Below, in pieces: positions 10,120 to 21,160 of a stretch of 64,000 nt of DNA. Position 1 is the first letter of the stretch. Each line of letters starts with the position of its first letter. The position numbers were made by a program, and so were the translations under genes. The stretch spans positions 1,056,001 through 1,120,000 of the forward strand of contig OZ245040.1 in NCBI GenBank assembly GCA_965224195.1, given 5' to 3'. The notes below the pieces were generated by a model. It ran no database searches, was not told the origin of the DNA, and was given only the letters and a program-made list of their open reading frames with translations. This stretch comes from Nitrosopumilus sp. Lineage in GTDB: Archaea > Thermoproteota > Nitrososphaeria > Nitrososphaerales > Nitrosopumilaceae.

Positions 10120-11123
10120 TACTTCTTATCTGCAGTTTCAGTAAGATATTCATCTACATCAATTGCTGCCATGCATCCAAAGGAAGCAGCAGTAATTGCT
10201 TGTCGATAGGTTCTATCATGTACATCCCCTGCAGCAAAAATTCCTTCCATGTTGGTATGAGTTTTATTTTTTAATACAATATAGCCTTCATCATCTAAAT
10301 CAATTTGACTTTTGAACAATTGTGTATTTGGATCATGACCAATTGCAACAAACAATCCTCCTGCATCATGTGTTGTTTCTTCATTTGTTTTTAGATTTTT
10401 CAAAACTACTTGTTGTATTTTTTGATCACCCTTGATAGAAGTAACTGCAGAATCAAAATGGAATTTTATTTTTTCGTTGTTAAATGCTCTTTCTTGCATA
10501 ATTTTACTTGCACGTAATTCCCCTCGTCTATGAATTAGATGAACATTTGATGCAAATTTTGTAAGAAATGTTGCTTCTTCAATTGCAGAATCACCGCCAC
10601 CTACAACAACAATTTCTTGGTTTCTAAAGAAAGGACCATCACACGTTGCACAATATGATACGCCTTTTCCACTGAAGGTTTCTTCGCCTTCGACACCTAG
10701 TTTTCTTGGATTAGCTCCTGTCGCAATAATTACTGCACGACCTTCAAATTCTTCTGATGCTGTTAGAACTTTGAATGGTTTACGTCTAAAATCTACATCC
10801 ACTACTACATCATCAATAATGGTAGTCCCCATTTTTTGTGATTGTTTTCTCATATCAATCATCAAATCAGGCCCCATTATCCCATTTTCAAATCCAGGAT
10901 AGTTTTCAACTTCTGTGGTGTTGACTAGTTGTCCTCCTGGAAGTAATCCTGATAAAATTAAAGTGTCATAACCTGCTCTAGAACAATAAATTCCTGCAGT
11001 GTATCCGGATGGACCTGCACCAATAATAATTACATCATATTTTGTTTTTGTTTTATCTGATATTTTGATTTCATCATCTCTTGTTTCAAGAACTGCTGAA
11101 CCTGCATCTCCTGCCGACATCAT
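10119..11123 (-). CDS. trxB: Thioredoxin reductase
   Basis: GAGPSG, CATCD redox motif, GGGDSA, GIFAAGD. Confidence 0.95.
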   Translation of the reverse strand: MMSAGDAGSAVLETRDDEIKISDKTKTKYDVIIIGAGPSGYTAGIYCSRAGYDTLILSGLLPGGQLVNTTEVENYPGFENGIMGPDLMIDMRKQSQKMGTTIIDDVVVDVDFRRKPFKVLTASEEFEGRAVIIATGANPRKLGVEGEETFSGKGVSYCATCDGPFFRNQEIVVVGGGDSAIEEATFLTKFASNVHLIHRRGELRASKIMQERAFNNEKIKFHFDSAVTSIKGDQKIQQVVLKNLKTNEETTHDAGGLFVAIGHDPNTQLFKSQIDLDDEGYIVLKNKTHTNMEGIFAAGDVHDRTYRQAITAASFGCMAAIDVDEYLTETADKK

Positions 11124-11142
11124 AATGTTAATGGTCTTAATT

Positions 11143-11895
11143 TCAATAATTTAAGTGAATATCTTGATGTTTGGCACATAGTTTTTTGTTTTCAATTTGT
11201 GAGCAAAACAAATCTTTTTGCCAATGAGCATTGAATAACCTACATTCTTTATTTTCACAAAATGCATCTCCTGTAGTATAATACATGATGGCTTGTAACA
11301 CGTACCCTTCTGCAATGTCACTTAATCTTGAATCATGATATTCTAAAAATTCACCTTTGTATTTTTCTTTAATTTTTTCTATCTTTTCTTCTGAAAAATT
11401 TGTCATTAAATCTAAATAGTATTGTTTAGGTTTTGCTGGAGCTTCTATTATTCCAGTTGTTGAAATTATTGTGGGATTTGAACTAATTAATGCTCTAGCA
11501 TGATATCTAAAATCATCATTATCAAATGTCGCAGTAAGCTTGTTTGTAAAAATTATGTGTAATATGTTATCTATATCTGAAATATTTTCTGCAATAATGT
11601 TTTGTAATTCAAACCCATCATACAAAGTCATTATATCTTGGTCAGATGTATCTTTGTTTTCTTTTTCAATTTGAATTTCTTCTTGTGTTGGAATGTGTTT
11701 TTTAAATTGTTTTTTTAAATCAAAAATTCGGGTTGACGCTATTTCTTCAAATATTTTATCTTCTAAACTTTCAAAAAAATTACTTTTTACCTCAACTTTG
11801 ATTTGAAACGTATTTGTAATGAACTGTTTTATTTTTTCTATCTGAATCTCAGTAACTGCAGGTTCATTATATAGGATTATTTTAGAAATCTTCAC
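11143..11895 (-). CDS. Conserved archaeal putative metallopeptidase-like protein
   Basis: STTGIIEAPAKP and C-terminal FCENKECRLFNAHWQ...LC. Confidence 0.6.
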   Translation of the reverse strand: MKISKIILYNEPAVTEIQIEKIKQFITNTFQIKVEVKSNFFESLEDKIFEEIASTRIFDLKKQFKKHIPTQEEIQIEKENKDTSDQDIMTLYDGFELQNIIAENISDIDNILHIIFTNKLTATFDNDDFRYHARALISSNPTIISTTGIIEAPAKPKQYYLDLMTNFSEEKIEKIKEKYKGEFLEYHDSRLSDIAEGYVLQAIMYYTTGDAFCENKECRLFNAHWQKDLFCSQIENKKLCAKHQDIHLNY

Positions 11896-11918
11896 TAAAG
11901 AGAGATTATCTTAATTGC

Positions 11919-12737
11919 TTATCTTTCTAACTCTTTGATTTTTTGTGCTGTGATCTCTGCTGCTCTCTTTCCAGAGTATAACATGGAGCCAAAAGTTGGT
12001 CCCATTCTTGCTAATCCGTGAGTTTCAGTTACTGACATTCCAGCTGCAATTAATCCTGGGTATACTTCTCCTGTTTTGTGAACTACGTGTTCTTCACCAT
12101 CGTTGACATGCATTGGTTCCATTCCTTTCCATTTTACTAATCCTCTATCTACAAGTCTTTTTACAGCAATTGAATCATGACCTGATGCATCTATGATTAT
12201 TTTTGCTTCAAGTGCGATTGGATCAACACAAGTAATGTTGCGTGGTAATGCTGAAACTGGCATCCAGTTGACAACAATCCCTGCAACTCTTCCGTTTTTC
12301 AAAACCAAGTCATCAAACTTTGTTAATTGTAAGAATTTTACTCCTGCATCGCATGCTGCTGCAATTAATTTTGATACTGCATGAGGTCCTGGTGTTAAGT
12401 ATAATCCATCTGCAACTTTTTTGTATGGCACTCCAAGTTCATCCCATATTTTCTGTGCTGGCTCTCTAACTGTAACTGGATTCATCATGTATCCTCCTAA
12501 CCAATAACCGCCACCTAGGTAGTTGTTTTGTTCAATAACTAAAACTTTGTAACCCATGTTAGATAGTTCTCTACTAGCTGTTAATCCTGCAGGGCCTGCA
12601 CCAATAATGATGACATCTGATTCTGCTCTGTCAACTAATACATCATGAAATTCATTTGCTATTGCACGTGTAATTTCAACTTCACGTACATCTGTAAAAA
12701 TTTTCTCAGATTGTTCTGCAACTGTTGCTTCTTGCAT
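11919..12737 (-). CDS. thi4: Thiazole synthase THI4
   Basis: GAGPAG FAD motif, CVDP, RMGPTFGSM; likely start MQEAT. Confidence 0.92.
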   Translation of the reverse strand: MQEATVAEQSEKIFTDVREVEITRAIANEFHDVLVDRAESDVIIIGAGPAGLTASRELSNMGYKVLVIEQNNYLGGGYWLGGYMMNPVTVREPAQKIWDELGVPYKKVADGLYLTPGPHAVSKLIAAACDAGVKFLQLTKFDDLVLKNGRVAGIVVNWMPVSALPRNITCVDPIALEAKIIIDASGHDSIAVKRLVDRGLVKWKGMEPMHVNDGEEHVVHKTGEVYPGLIAAGMSVTETHGLARMGPTFGSMLYSGKRAAEITAQKIKELER

Positions 12738-12927
12738 GAAGACACCCAGTTTCCTGAACAATTAATACTTTCCCACATCTAATTTCTAAAAAATTAGGTG
12801 ATACTAATTTTTTCAAATATTTCCTTCTTCATAGATATAGGAAAATTTTGTACTTTGATGAAAATATCTCTCCTAAAACCTCCAAATTTCAAAAATTTAT
12901 ATCCAAACTAAAAGAAATTTCTTTGTA

Positions 12928-14739
12928 TTGACCGTATCAGATCTTAAACAATCTCCACCTGATTCTGTAAAATCCAAAATAAATTGGTCTAGAATTGAGG
13001 AGGCAGATGATTTTGCAAATACTGTAAAGTTATTCCGTCAAGGAAAATACGACGAAGCTAGTTTTAGACGATATAGACTTCAGCACGGCGCATATGGAAC
13101 TAGAATGACTAGTGACTATGCAATGGTTCGAATCAAGCTTCCAGCTGGTGAAATTTATCCTGATCAAATTGAAAAAATATCTCAACTAAGTGAACAATAC
13201 TCTATAGGAAGTGCACACTTTTCCACTAGAGAAAACATTCAACTGCATTGGGTAGTTCTTGAAGATGTTTCTGAAGTATTCCGAGGTTTAGCTGAAGTTG
13301 GATTGACATCTAGAGAAGCATGTGGAAATTCTGTAAGAAATGTAATGTGTAGTCCTTTGTCTGGTGTTTGTCCTGATGAAGAATTTGATGCAACTTCATA
13401 TGCACTTGCAACTGCAAGATTCTTTTTGAGAAATCCTATGGCTCAAAACCTTCCTCGTAAATTTAAATTCAATTTTACTTGTTGTGAAAAACATGGAATG
13501 GTAAGAATGGTTGATGTGGGATTGATTCCACAAATTAGAGAAATTGATGGAACTATTCAAAAAGGATTCAAAATTTTCCTCGGCGGTGGTTTGGGAAATA
13601 GATCTTTTGTTGGACATCAGTTAGAAGAATTTACTCCTGAAGAGGATTTACTTTACACATCAATTGCTGTTGTACGAATCTTTGATAGAATGGGTGATAG
13701 AAAAAATCTTGCTCGAAACAGAATGAGGTACTTGGTAAATGATATGGGTTGGGATAAATTCCAAAATCTTGTATTCAAAGAAAGAGCTGTAGTTCGAGCC
13801 ACACAGTCAGTTGTCACTCAACTAAAAGTTGATCATACTCCAGATGTTATCAAAAGACCAATTCAAATTTCTGATGAGAATGGTGGTGAAACAATTCCTG
13901 ATGGATATGCTAGATGGCTCAAAACCAACACGGTAAAGCAAACACAAGAAGAATATCGTTCAGTATTTCTTACACTTGAAGCAGGTGACATTGCTGCAAG
14001 CCAACTGCATGGATTGGCTGATATCATTCGCAACTTTTCATCTGAAGGTAAGGGCAGATCTGGATTTTCACAAAATATTGCTCTACGATACGTACATGAG
14101 GATGATTTACCACGTCTGTATTCTAAATTACTTGAGACCGGATTGGCAAAATCAGGCGCCTTAACTATGACTGCACCTATTGGTTGCTCTGGAACTACCT
14201 CTTGTAATCTGGCATTAACTAATTCACATAGATTGGCAAAAGAAATCCAAAGAAAATTCCTAGAACTAAAACTAGATGAAGATGATGACCTTAGTGATTC
14301 TTCAATTAAGATTAGTGGATGTCCTAATTCCTGTGGACAACATGGAATTGCAACTTTGGGATTTTTTGGTGGTGGTGGACGTGTTGGAAAAGACATGTAT
14401 GCAAATTACCAAATGTCCATTGGTGGACGTTCTGATGGTGATACGGTGTTGGGACAAACCCTAGTTAGAGTTCCTGCAAAAAGAGTAATTCCAGTAATTC
14501 TAAAGATAATTGAAATTTTCAAAGCAAATAAGGTATCTGATGACACATTGAAATCTTGGGTTCATAGAGTTGTAAATGGAAATGAAGATTCAGAAATTAA
14601 ATCAATTGTTGATATTAAAAAAATTCTGGAACCCTTAATTCTTCCACCAACAATAGATGAAGATCCAGACTTTTATCTGGATTATGGAGATGACTCTAGT
14701 TATCACACAAAGACTGGAAAGGGTGAATGTGCTGCTTGA
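12928..14739 (+). CDS. Ferredoxin-dependent sulfite/nitrite reductase (siroheme)
   Basis: TRENIQLH, NLPRKFK, CSGTTSC and SGCPNSCGQH cluster ligands. Confidence 0.9.
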   Translation: MTVSDLKQSPPDSVKSKINWSRIEEADDFANTVKLFRQGKYDEASFRRYRLQHGAYGTRMTSDYAMVRIKLPAGEIYPDQIEKISQLSEQYSIGSAHFSTRENIQLHWVVLEDVSEVFRGLAEVGLTSREACGNSVRNVMCSPLSGVCPDEEFDATSYALATARFFLRNPMAQNLPRKFKFNFTCCEKHGMVRMVDVGLIPQIREIDGTIQKGFKIFLGGGLGNRSFVGHQLEEFTPEEDLLYTSIAVVRIFDRMGDRKNLARNRMRYLVNDMGWDKFQNLVFKERAVVRATQSVVTQLKVDHTPDVIKRPIQISDENGGETIPDGYARWLKTNTVKQTQEEYRSVFLTLEAGDIAASQLHGLADIIRNFSSEGKGRSGFSQNIALRYVHEDDLPRLYSKLLETGLAKSGALTMTAPIGCSGTTSCNLALTNSHRLAKEIQRKFLELKLDEDDDLSDSSIKISGCPNSCGQHGIATLGFFGGGGRVGKDMYANYQMSIGGRSDGDTVLGQTLVRVPAKRVIPVILKIIEIFKANKVSDDTLKSWVHRVVNGNEDSEIKSIVDIKKILEPLILPPTIDEDPDFYLDYGDDSSYHTKTGKGECAA

Positions 14740-15533
14740 CAGACCCTGTCAAAATTACAACTGATGTAGACTCTTTACGTTCTGAAATCCGTGACAAAAG
14801 TGTTAGAGTAATTGATGTTAGACGAGAAGCTGATTACAAACAAGACCACATTCCAACTGCTGTAAATTTACCTCTTGCAAATTTATTGTCTGATGATAGT
14901 CCTGAACGTGTTTTGAAATTAGTAAATTCTATGGGAATTGATGATGAAACCCCTGTTGTAGTTTATGATGATACATTTGGTGCTTTGGCATCAAGAGTTG
15001 CATGGACTTTGGAATATTTGGGACATTCAGATGTAACTTTGTTAGAATCCACATACAGTCATTGGAAATCTCTTGGATTGGAAAATGATTCTACTACTCC
15101 TGAAATTCAAAGTAAGGAACACTCTATGAAATTAAAACCCGATATTTTAGCAACTTCAGATTATTTGGAAACTGCCAAAACCCGAGACGATGTGATTCTA
15201 ATCGATAACAGAGAGAGATTGAATTTTCTTGAACAGCATATTCCTGGAGCTATCAGCTTACCTTATCGTACTTTGGCTTCAAATGATAAAATTTTACGCT
15301 CAAAAGAGGATATGAAACGATTATTGGATAACCGGGGAGTTACCGGAGATTCTGAAATTATCACTTATTGTGGTAGTGTGGGTACACTTTCAGGTTTGGC
15401 ATATTATGCACTAAAATCTGCTGGGTTATCTAATGCAAAACTGTACGTTCGTTCTTTCAAAGAATGGAAAAATCTTCAAAAACCGACTGAAAAACAAGAA
15501 GATGCTAGTTACTGGGATTTATCTGCAGAATAA
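14736..15533 (+). CDS. Tandem-domain rhodanese/sulfurtransferase
   Basis: HIPTA and HIPGA motifs, YCGSVG active site; TTG start overlaps the upstream stop. Confidence 0.88.
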   Translation: MTDPVKITTDVDSLRSEIRDKSVRVIDVRREADYKQDHIPTAVNLPLANLLSDDSPERVLKLVNSMGIDDETPVVVYDDTFGALASRVAWTLEYLGHSDVTLLESTYSHWKSLGLENDSTTPEIQSKEHSMKLKPDILATSDYLETAKTRDDVILIDNRERLNFLEQHIPGAISLPYRTLASNDKILRSKEDMKRLLDNRGVTGDSEIITYCGSVGTLSGLAYYALKSAGLSNAKLYVRSFKEWKNLQKPTEKQEDASYWDLSAE

Positions 15534-16655
15534 TTAAGAAATCTGCTCTCTGAGTTTTTTCGTTACAGTCCCTTCGATGTTATCAAAGAGAACAATCATT
15601 TTTTCTTTGTTGTCAATTATGTAATCTACTCCTCTATCTTTTAGTCTAATTTTCCATAATCTAATTTCTCTATGTTGCTCAAAGAAAGTTTCAATCATTT
15701 GCTCACCTGATTTTGTTGGGTCGATGAATTCTTCAAAGAGCTCCATCGTTTTATCAATGTCTTCTTCTTCTATTGATTCTTTAACTGATTGAATAGCTTG
15801 ACTAAGTTCTTTCAAATTTTTAACTGGTCGTGGCAATGTTTTCTTTGTAATTCCAAAGAGTCCTTTCTTTTCTTTGCCTAGTTTTTCTGCAATGTTGTCT
15901 GCAAGATCATATATTGGAATTTTACTTAGGCCATCACGTTTTTCATTTTGAACAATTAGCCCTTTCTCTAATAATTTTCTCAAAGCAGTTTCTGCATCAA
16001 CTCTATCTAGAAATGTTGTCCATACAATTGCGCCTATCGTGTGATACCCTTGTCTGACTGATTCTAAAACTACAACCTCTTCGATTCTTTTGAACCCTTC
16101 TTCAATTTTGACATTTACAAAATCTTTATCTCTGATTGATCTTCTTGCATTTTTAACATCAATTTCTATAGAGCGCTTCAAAGCTTCAAGTGATTCTGGA
16201 ACTTGATTTAGTAATGATAAGAAACATGCTTGATTGTACCATGCCATTCCATATGTTGGGTCTGACTCAATTGCTTTCTGTGCTGCATCTAGAGCTTGAG
16301 CATACTTTTTCTGTTCATAGTGTACTAGTGCTTTAAGATTCCAGGCTTCTGGATTTGTAACATCAATTTCTAAAATTTTATCATAAACTTGCAATGCTTC
16401 TGGAAATTCTTCTAGGTGGAATCTAGCATATCCTAATTTCATCAATACTTCCACACTTTTTGGTTCTATTCGTAATGCCTGTTCAAACATCTCAATGGCG
16501 TCTTCTAGCTTTTCATCTGCCATCAAATTGATGCCTTTTTTGTATAATTTTTTTAAATTGTAATCTATGTCTACTAAACTTCTCTCTTGTGGGATTGTTT
16601 TTTCAATTTTTATTTCTTCTTTGTCCTTTGATTTTCTCCCGAATGGTTTCTTCAC
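15534..16655 (-). CDS. Tetratricopeptide repeat protein
   Basis: Several TPR consensus repeats (AWNLKA, AWYNQA). Confidence 0.85.
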   Translation of the reverse strand: MKKPFGRKSKDKEEIKIEKTIPQERSLVDIDYNLKKLYKKGINLMADEKLEDAIEMFEQALRIEPKSVEVLMKLGYARFHLEEFPEALQVYDKILEIDVTNPEAWNLKALVHYEQKKYAQALDAAQKAIESDPTYGMAWYNQACFLSLLNQVPESLEALKRSIEIDVKNARRSIRDKDFVNVKIEEGFKRIEEVVVLESVRQGYHTIGAIVWTTFLDRVDAETALRKLLEKGLIVQNEKRDGLSKIPIYDLADNIAEKLGKEKKGLFGITKKTLPRPVKNLKELSQAIQSVKESIEEEDIDKTMELFEEFIDPTKSGEQMIETFFEQHREIRLWKIRLKDRGVDYIIDNKEKMIVLFDNIEGTVTKKLREQIS

Positions 16656-16759
16656 AGCTCAAATAGGCATTTTATCTAGATAAATACCAATCTTAATTGA
16701 GCCTAATGCTGACCGTATTTGATTTGAAATAGAACTTTGCGATCTAAATATAGAAATAC

Positions 16760-18415
16760 TTGAAATACCCACAAACGTTTGTGTCATCTCAGCCACGTTT
16801 AGAGATTCAAGGGCAGGCACCATTCAAACAATCTGGTGTTTATGAAGCTCAAATTGCAGTCACTGATAGTAAACCATCAGATGATGATATTCGTTCAAAA
16901 CAATTTTCAACTTTATGGCGAGGTAACTTTCATCTTAGAGTAAAAGATGGATTATTTTCTGAAACTCTAGGCTCTCCTGCTAATCCACTTCCATCCTCAA
17001 TTACTAATCTTGATAGAGTTTGGATTGTTGTTACTGATTTATTTTCTTCATTGCACACTGTATTTTATGTTCCTTTATCTAATTCATCATCACAACCTGA
17101 AATAAAAACTGAAACAAAAATTGAAACAAAACCTCAAACAAAAACAAATGTTGATAATCAAAAACCTACGCGCTCTTCAAAAACAAATGTTGTTGGTGCC
17201 GCCGGTCCGTCTGGTGACAAAGGTCCATCTGGTCAACCTGGTTCTGCAGGTGACAAAGGACCAATCGGTTCACCTGGACAACAAGGACCAATGGGAGTTA
17301 AAGGTCCTGAAGGTCCTAAAGGTCAATCTGGTGACAAGGGAGCAACTGGTGACAAAGGTTCTGCAGGTGACAAAGGAATTTCTGGCCCTAAAGGATTAAC
17401 TGGGGATAAAGGAATTACTGGTGATAAAGGCGATAAGGGTGACAAAGGAATTACTGGCTCTCCTGGTGACAAAGGAGAAAAAGGTTCCACTGGATTAATT
17501 GGTGACAAAGGGCTATCTGGATTAAAAGGTCCACTTGGTGACAAAGGAGAAAAAGGTTCCACTGGATTAATTGGTGACAAAGGTTCTTCTGGATTGCGTG
17601 GTGTCCCTGGTGACAAAGGAGATGATGGTCCACAAGGTGTAGTAGGCGATAAAGGATTAACTGGTTCAACAGGAGTACCTGGAGAAAAAGGTCCAACTGG
17701 ATTGTCTGGTGTACAAGGAGAAAAAGGAATTCAAGGCGGTCCAGGTCCTATTGGAGAAAAAGGTCCACTCGGTTCCGGTGGTGACAAAGGTCCACTTGGT
17801 CCACCTGGTCCACATGGCGATAAAGGATTAACTGGTCCAACTGGTCCTATTGGAGAAAAAGGTCTTATCGGTCCGCCCGGACCAATGGGAGAAAAAGGAA
17901 ACAAAGGTCCTGAAGGTCCTATTGGAGAAAAAGGTCCACAAGGTCCACAAGGTCCTGCAGGGTCTAAAGGATTAACTGGAGTTCCTGGTCCGCAAGGAGA
18001 AAAAGGTGACAAAGGTTCTATTGGCCTTATTGGAGAAAAAGGTCAAACTGGTCCACTAGGAGTACCTGGAGAAAAAGGTCCACAAGGTCCACAAGGCTCT
18101 CAAGGTGAACGTGGAACAACTGGTCCATCAGGAGAAAAAGGTCCACAAGGTCCACAAGGAATTCAAGGTCCACAAGGTGAACGTGGTCCAACTGGTCCTA
18201 TTGGATCAATTGGTGAACAAGGTCCTGTAGGAGGGCAAGGTCCTGTAGGTCCAGCCGGTCCAAGAGGTCCACCAGGTTCGCCTGGAGAAAAAGGCCCTTC
18301 TGGTGGAATGTCAACAGAACAAAAAGCACTCTTCAAAGATTTACTAGAAATGTTAACAAACAAAAATGTAATCTCTACTGAAGATCAAATTAAATTGATG
18401 AGTTATCTTTATTGA
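16760..18415 (+). CDS. Collagen-like protein
   Basis: Long Gly-X-Y run (GDK/GEK/GPQ) covering most of the C-terminal two thirds. Confidence 0.92.
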   Translation: MKYPQTFVSSQPRLEIQGQAPFKQSGVYEAQIAVTDSKPSDDDIRSKQFSTLWRGNFHLRVKDGLFSETLGSPANPLPSSITNLDRVWIVVTDLFSSLHTVFYVPLSNSSSQPEIKTETKIETKPQTKTNVDNQKPTRSSKTNVVGAAGPSGDKGPSGQPGSAGDKGPIGSPGQQGPMGVKGPEGPKGQSGDKGATGDKGSAGDKGISGPKGLTGDKGITGDKGDKGDKGITGSPGDKGEKGSTGLIGDKGLSGLKGPLGDKGEKGSTGLIGDKGSSGLRGVPGDKGDDGPQGVVGDKGLTGSTGVPGEKGPTGLSGVQGEKGIQGGPGPIGEKGPLGSGGDKGPLGPPGPHGDKGLTGPTGPIGEKGLIGPPGPMGEKGNKGPEGPIGEKGPQGPQGPAGSKGLTGVPGPQGEKGDKGSIGLIGEKGQTGPLGVPGEKGPQGPQGSQGERGTTGPSGEKGPQGPQGIQGPQGERGPTGPIGSIGEQGPVGGQGPVGPAGPRGPPGSPGEKGPSGGMSTEQKALFKDLLEMLTNKNVISTEDQIKLMSYLY

Positions 18416-18714
18416 GAAATTTAATTTTTAATTAATTATTTTAACAATTCATTTTTGGAATCAGGATTTGTAAATGATTTCTTTTTCTTTATTTTATTGT
18501 TAACTTCATTTAGAATATTTTCTTTCTCTTTTTTTAACATCTTTATCATTTTATCTATATTATTTACAGACATGTTGTGTAATGTTTTGAAAAAATAAAT
18601 ACAATATTGATCATGATTTTTTTAATTAAATGTTCTACAGTTAACACTGTTTTAAAATTTGAAAAATGAAAACAATTCGTCGTCTTTAAGACGATTGTTA
18701 ATTTATCAACGAGA

Positions 18715-18966
18715 TTATCGTCTTTTAGCTGCTTTTCTCTTTGGAGCTGCTTTGCGTTTAGTTGCTGCTTTTCTCTTTGGAGCTGCTTTTCTCTTTGGAG
18801 CTGCTTTTCTCTTTGGAGCTGCTTTTCTCTTTGGAGCTGCTTTTCTCTTTGGAGCTGCTTTTCTCTTTGGAGCTGCTTTTCTCTTTGGAGCTGCTTTTCT
18901 CTTTGGAGCTGCTTTTCTCTTTGGAGCTGCTTTTCTCTTTGGAGCTGCTTTTCGTTTAGCTGCCAT
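18715..18966 (-). CDS. Histone H1-like Lys/Ala/Pro-rich basic protein
   Basis: 83 aa with 12 (P/T)KRKAA hexamers encoded by an 18-bp tandem repeat. Confidence 0.8.
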   Translation of the reverse strand: MAAKRKAAPKRKAAPKRKAAPKRKAAPKRKAAPKRKAAPKRKAAPKRKAAPKRKAAPKRKAAPKRKAATKRKAAPKRKAAKRR

Positions 18967-19262
18967 TGATGAACCGACAATTTCATCGTTTTTCAGTGGT
19001 TAAACTAAAGAAATTTACACAATTTGATTACAAATTGTCAAGTAATTTTATTTGGATTTTTTTCATTTTGATCGTAAAATTTCTAATTATTTCTTTTTCA
19101 AACTATTTTTTCAGCCTCAAGATCAATTGTTTTTCTAAAATTTTTCATTTGCAAGGTATTTTGGTCGTAATATTACTTGTTTTTTTTAAAATTGTTTTTT
19201 GTAGTTTCTTTTTAATTTTTTTACAAAAATTTATGCTGCAATTTTTTCAGATCTATTTTTGA

Positions 19263-20372
19263 TTATGCACCATGTCTTTTGATGATTGTCAGCACATCTT
19301 CGTCAATCATTACATGATTCAAACCAACACGCTGTCCTCCAAACTTCACACTCTTTCCCCAAATCAATCCGTATCTGAATTCTCGTTTTAATCTTCGATG
19401 TAACTTATTACAAATGTCTTCTACGGTATCTCCTTCTCTTGCAATAAGTGGATCAACGAAATCTGCCTCACCTCCTTTTGGTTTCAAGTAAATTCTAATG
19501 AATTTTAATTTTTCATAGATTTTTTCTTTAAGAAGTTCAATATTGACATCAGAGTTTGCAGATACTTCAATTACATCTGCTTTAATTTTTGTTTTCAAAT
19601 TTTTTAGAAATACCTCGTCAACTAGATCAATTTTGTTTAGAATGGTTATTGCTTTAGAATAACTAATGTTCCCTGCAATGTGGTCTGCTAATTGTTCTGA
19701 TGTAATATCTTCTCTAACTACAACACGTGCACTAACCAAACCATAAAGATGTAAAATATCTTTGAGATGTTTTTCAGTGATTTTTGTCATCTTTACTTGT
19801 TGTGCAACTGCAATTCCGCCCATTGCTGCTTTTTCAATTGTAATGTTTGGCGGTAATTGATTTAGTCTAATTCCAATGTTTCCTAATTCCGTCGTTAGGA
19901 CATCTTCGTGGTATGGTTGGAATACATCCAACACTAGTAATACAAGATCTGCAGTTCTTGCAACTGATAAAATTCTCTTCCCTAATCCTTTACCTGAGGA
20001 TGCCCCTTTGATAATTCCTGGAAGGTCTAATACCTGGATATTGGCACCTCTATACTCCATCATTCCTGGAACTACTGTTAGTGTGGTAAACTGAAATGCT
20101 CCTACTGTAGATTTTGCACTAGTCATTTTGTTCAACAATGTGGATTTTCCTACACTTGGCAATCCGATGAAAACAACTGTGGCATCTCCACTCCGCCTGA
20201 CATCAAACCCATCTTGTTTCATACCCGATTTTTTGGCAACTTCTGACTCTTGCTCTCTTTTGAGTTTGGCAATTTTTGCTTTGAGTAATCCTATGTGATG
20301 TTCTGTAGCTTTGTTGATCTGAGTCTTTGCCATTTCATCTTGAATGGATTTGATTTTTTCAGGAATTCCCAA
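19263..20372 (-). CDS. DRG/OBG-family GTPase with TGS domain
   Basis: GLPSVGKS, FTT, DLPG, NKID. Confidence 0.93.
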   Translation of the reverse strand: MGIPEKIKSIQDEMAKTQINKATEHHIGLLKAKIAKLKREQESEVAKKSGMKQDGFDVRRSGDATVVFIGLPSVGKSTLLNKMTSAKSTVGAFQFTTLTVVPGMMEYRGANIQVLDLPGIIKGASSGKGLGKRILSVARTADLVLLVLDVFQPYHEDVLTTELGNIGIRLNQLPPNITIEKAAMGGIAVAQQVKMTKITEKHLKDILHLYGLVSARVVVREDITSEQLADHIAGNISYSKAITILNKIDLVDEVFLKNLKTKIKADVIEVSANSDVNIELLKEKIYEKLKFIRIYLKPKGGEADFVDPLIAREGDTVEDICNKLHRRLKREFRYGLIWGKSVKFGGQRVGLNHVMIDEDVLTIIKRHGA

Positions 20373-20462
20373 TAGTGTTCACTCCTTTTCACTTTCTTTT
20401 CAAATAAAACCGTATAACTTGCACTTAGTAGCAAATATTATTCGGTTCAAAAAACGATTCTT

Positions 20463-21158
20463 ATGAAAAAGAGAACATTTGCAGTAGATATTGATGGAAC
20501 TATCACCGAAAATGGTGGGGGTAGAATTCATCTTGATGCTCTTGATGCATTACGTCGATTAACTAACATGGGACACGATGTGATTTTTGTAACTGGGAGG
20601 TCTTCAGTTGAAGGATATTTGCTATCTGTTTTTGGCGGGACCACAAAAATTGCAGTTGGTGAGAATGGTGGTTGCATTACAACTGATTCTGATGAACATG
20701 TCTTACTTGGAAATATGGCTGAATGCAAAAAAGCATTTGAAATAATTAAAGACAATATTGCCAATGTTAAAGAAAAACATGTTTTTCCTAGAATGACTGA
20801 AGTTGTTTTGGAGAGAACATTTGATTTAGAATTGGCAAGAAAATTACTAAAAGAAAAAAATATTTCAGTTGAGATATCTGATAGTCAATATGCATACCAC
20901 ATTAATTCCCCTGGAATTGACAAGGGAACAGGATTTACTAAAATTATGGAAAAATTATCTATTTCTACTGATGATGTAATTGCAATTGGGGATAGTGCGA
21001 CTGATACTCCATTGTTCAGAGTTGCAAAAACAAGTATAGCCTTAGGTAATGCATCCGATCAAGTAAAGTCTGAGGCAACTATGGTTGTAACAGCTCATGC
21101 CGGAGATGGGGTTCTTGAGGCATTAGATAAATTAGCGCCTACTATATCTGAGAAATAG
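20463..21158 (+). CDS. HAD hydrolase, archaeal phosphoglycolate phosphatase type
   Basis: DIDGT, TGR, ENGG, GDSATD. Confidence 0.85.
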   Translation: MKKRTFAVDIDGTITENGGGRIHLDALDALRRLTNMGHDVIFVTGRSSVEGYLLSVFGGTTKIAVGENGGCITTDSDEHVLLGNMAECKKAFEIIKDNIANVKEKHVFPRMTEVVLERTFDLELARKLLKEKNISVEISDSQYAYHINSPGIDKGTGFTKIMEKLSISTDDVIAIGDSATDTPLFRVAKTSIALGNASDQVKSEATMVVTAHAGDGVLEALDKLAPTISEK

Positions 21159-21160
21159 AT

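Noticed and set aside
12762-12927. TPP riboswitch upstream of thi4
   Set aside because: The region is AT-rich and lacks the conserved TPP aptamer motifs.
17121-18363. Overlapping small ORFs within the collagen-like gene
   Set aside because: Expected shadows of Gly-X-Y codon periodicity.
18564-19003. Alternative-frame ORFs (QREKQL)n, (GAAFLF)n and (SLELLF)n
   Set aside because: Shadows of the 18-bp repeat of the PKRKAA gene.
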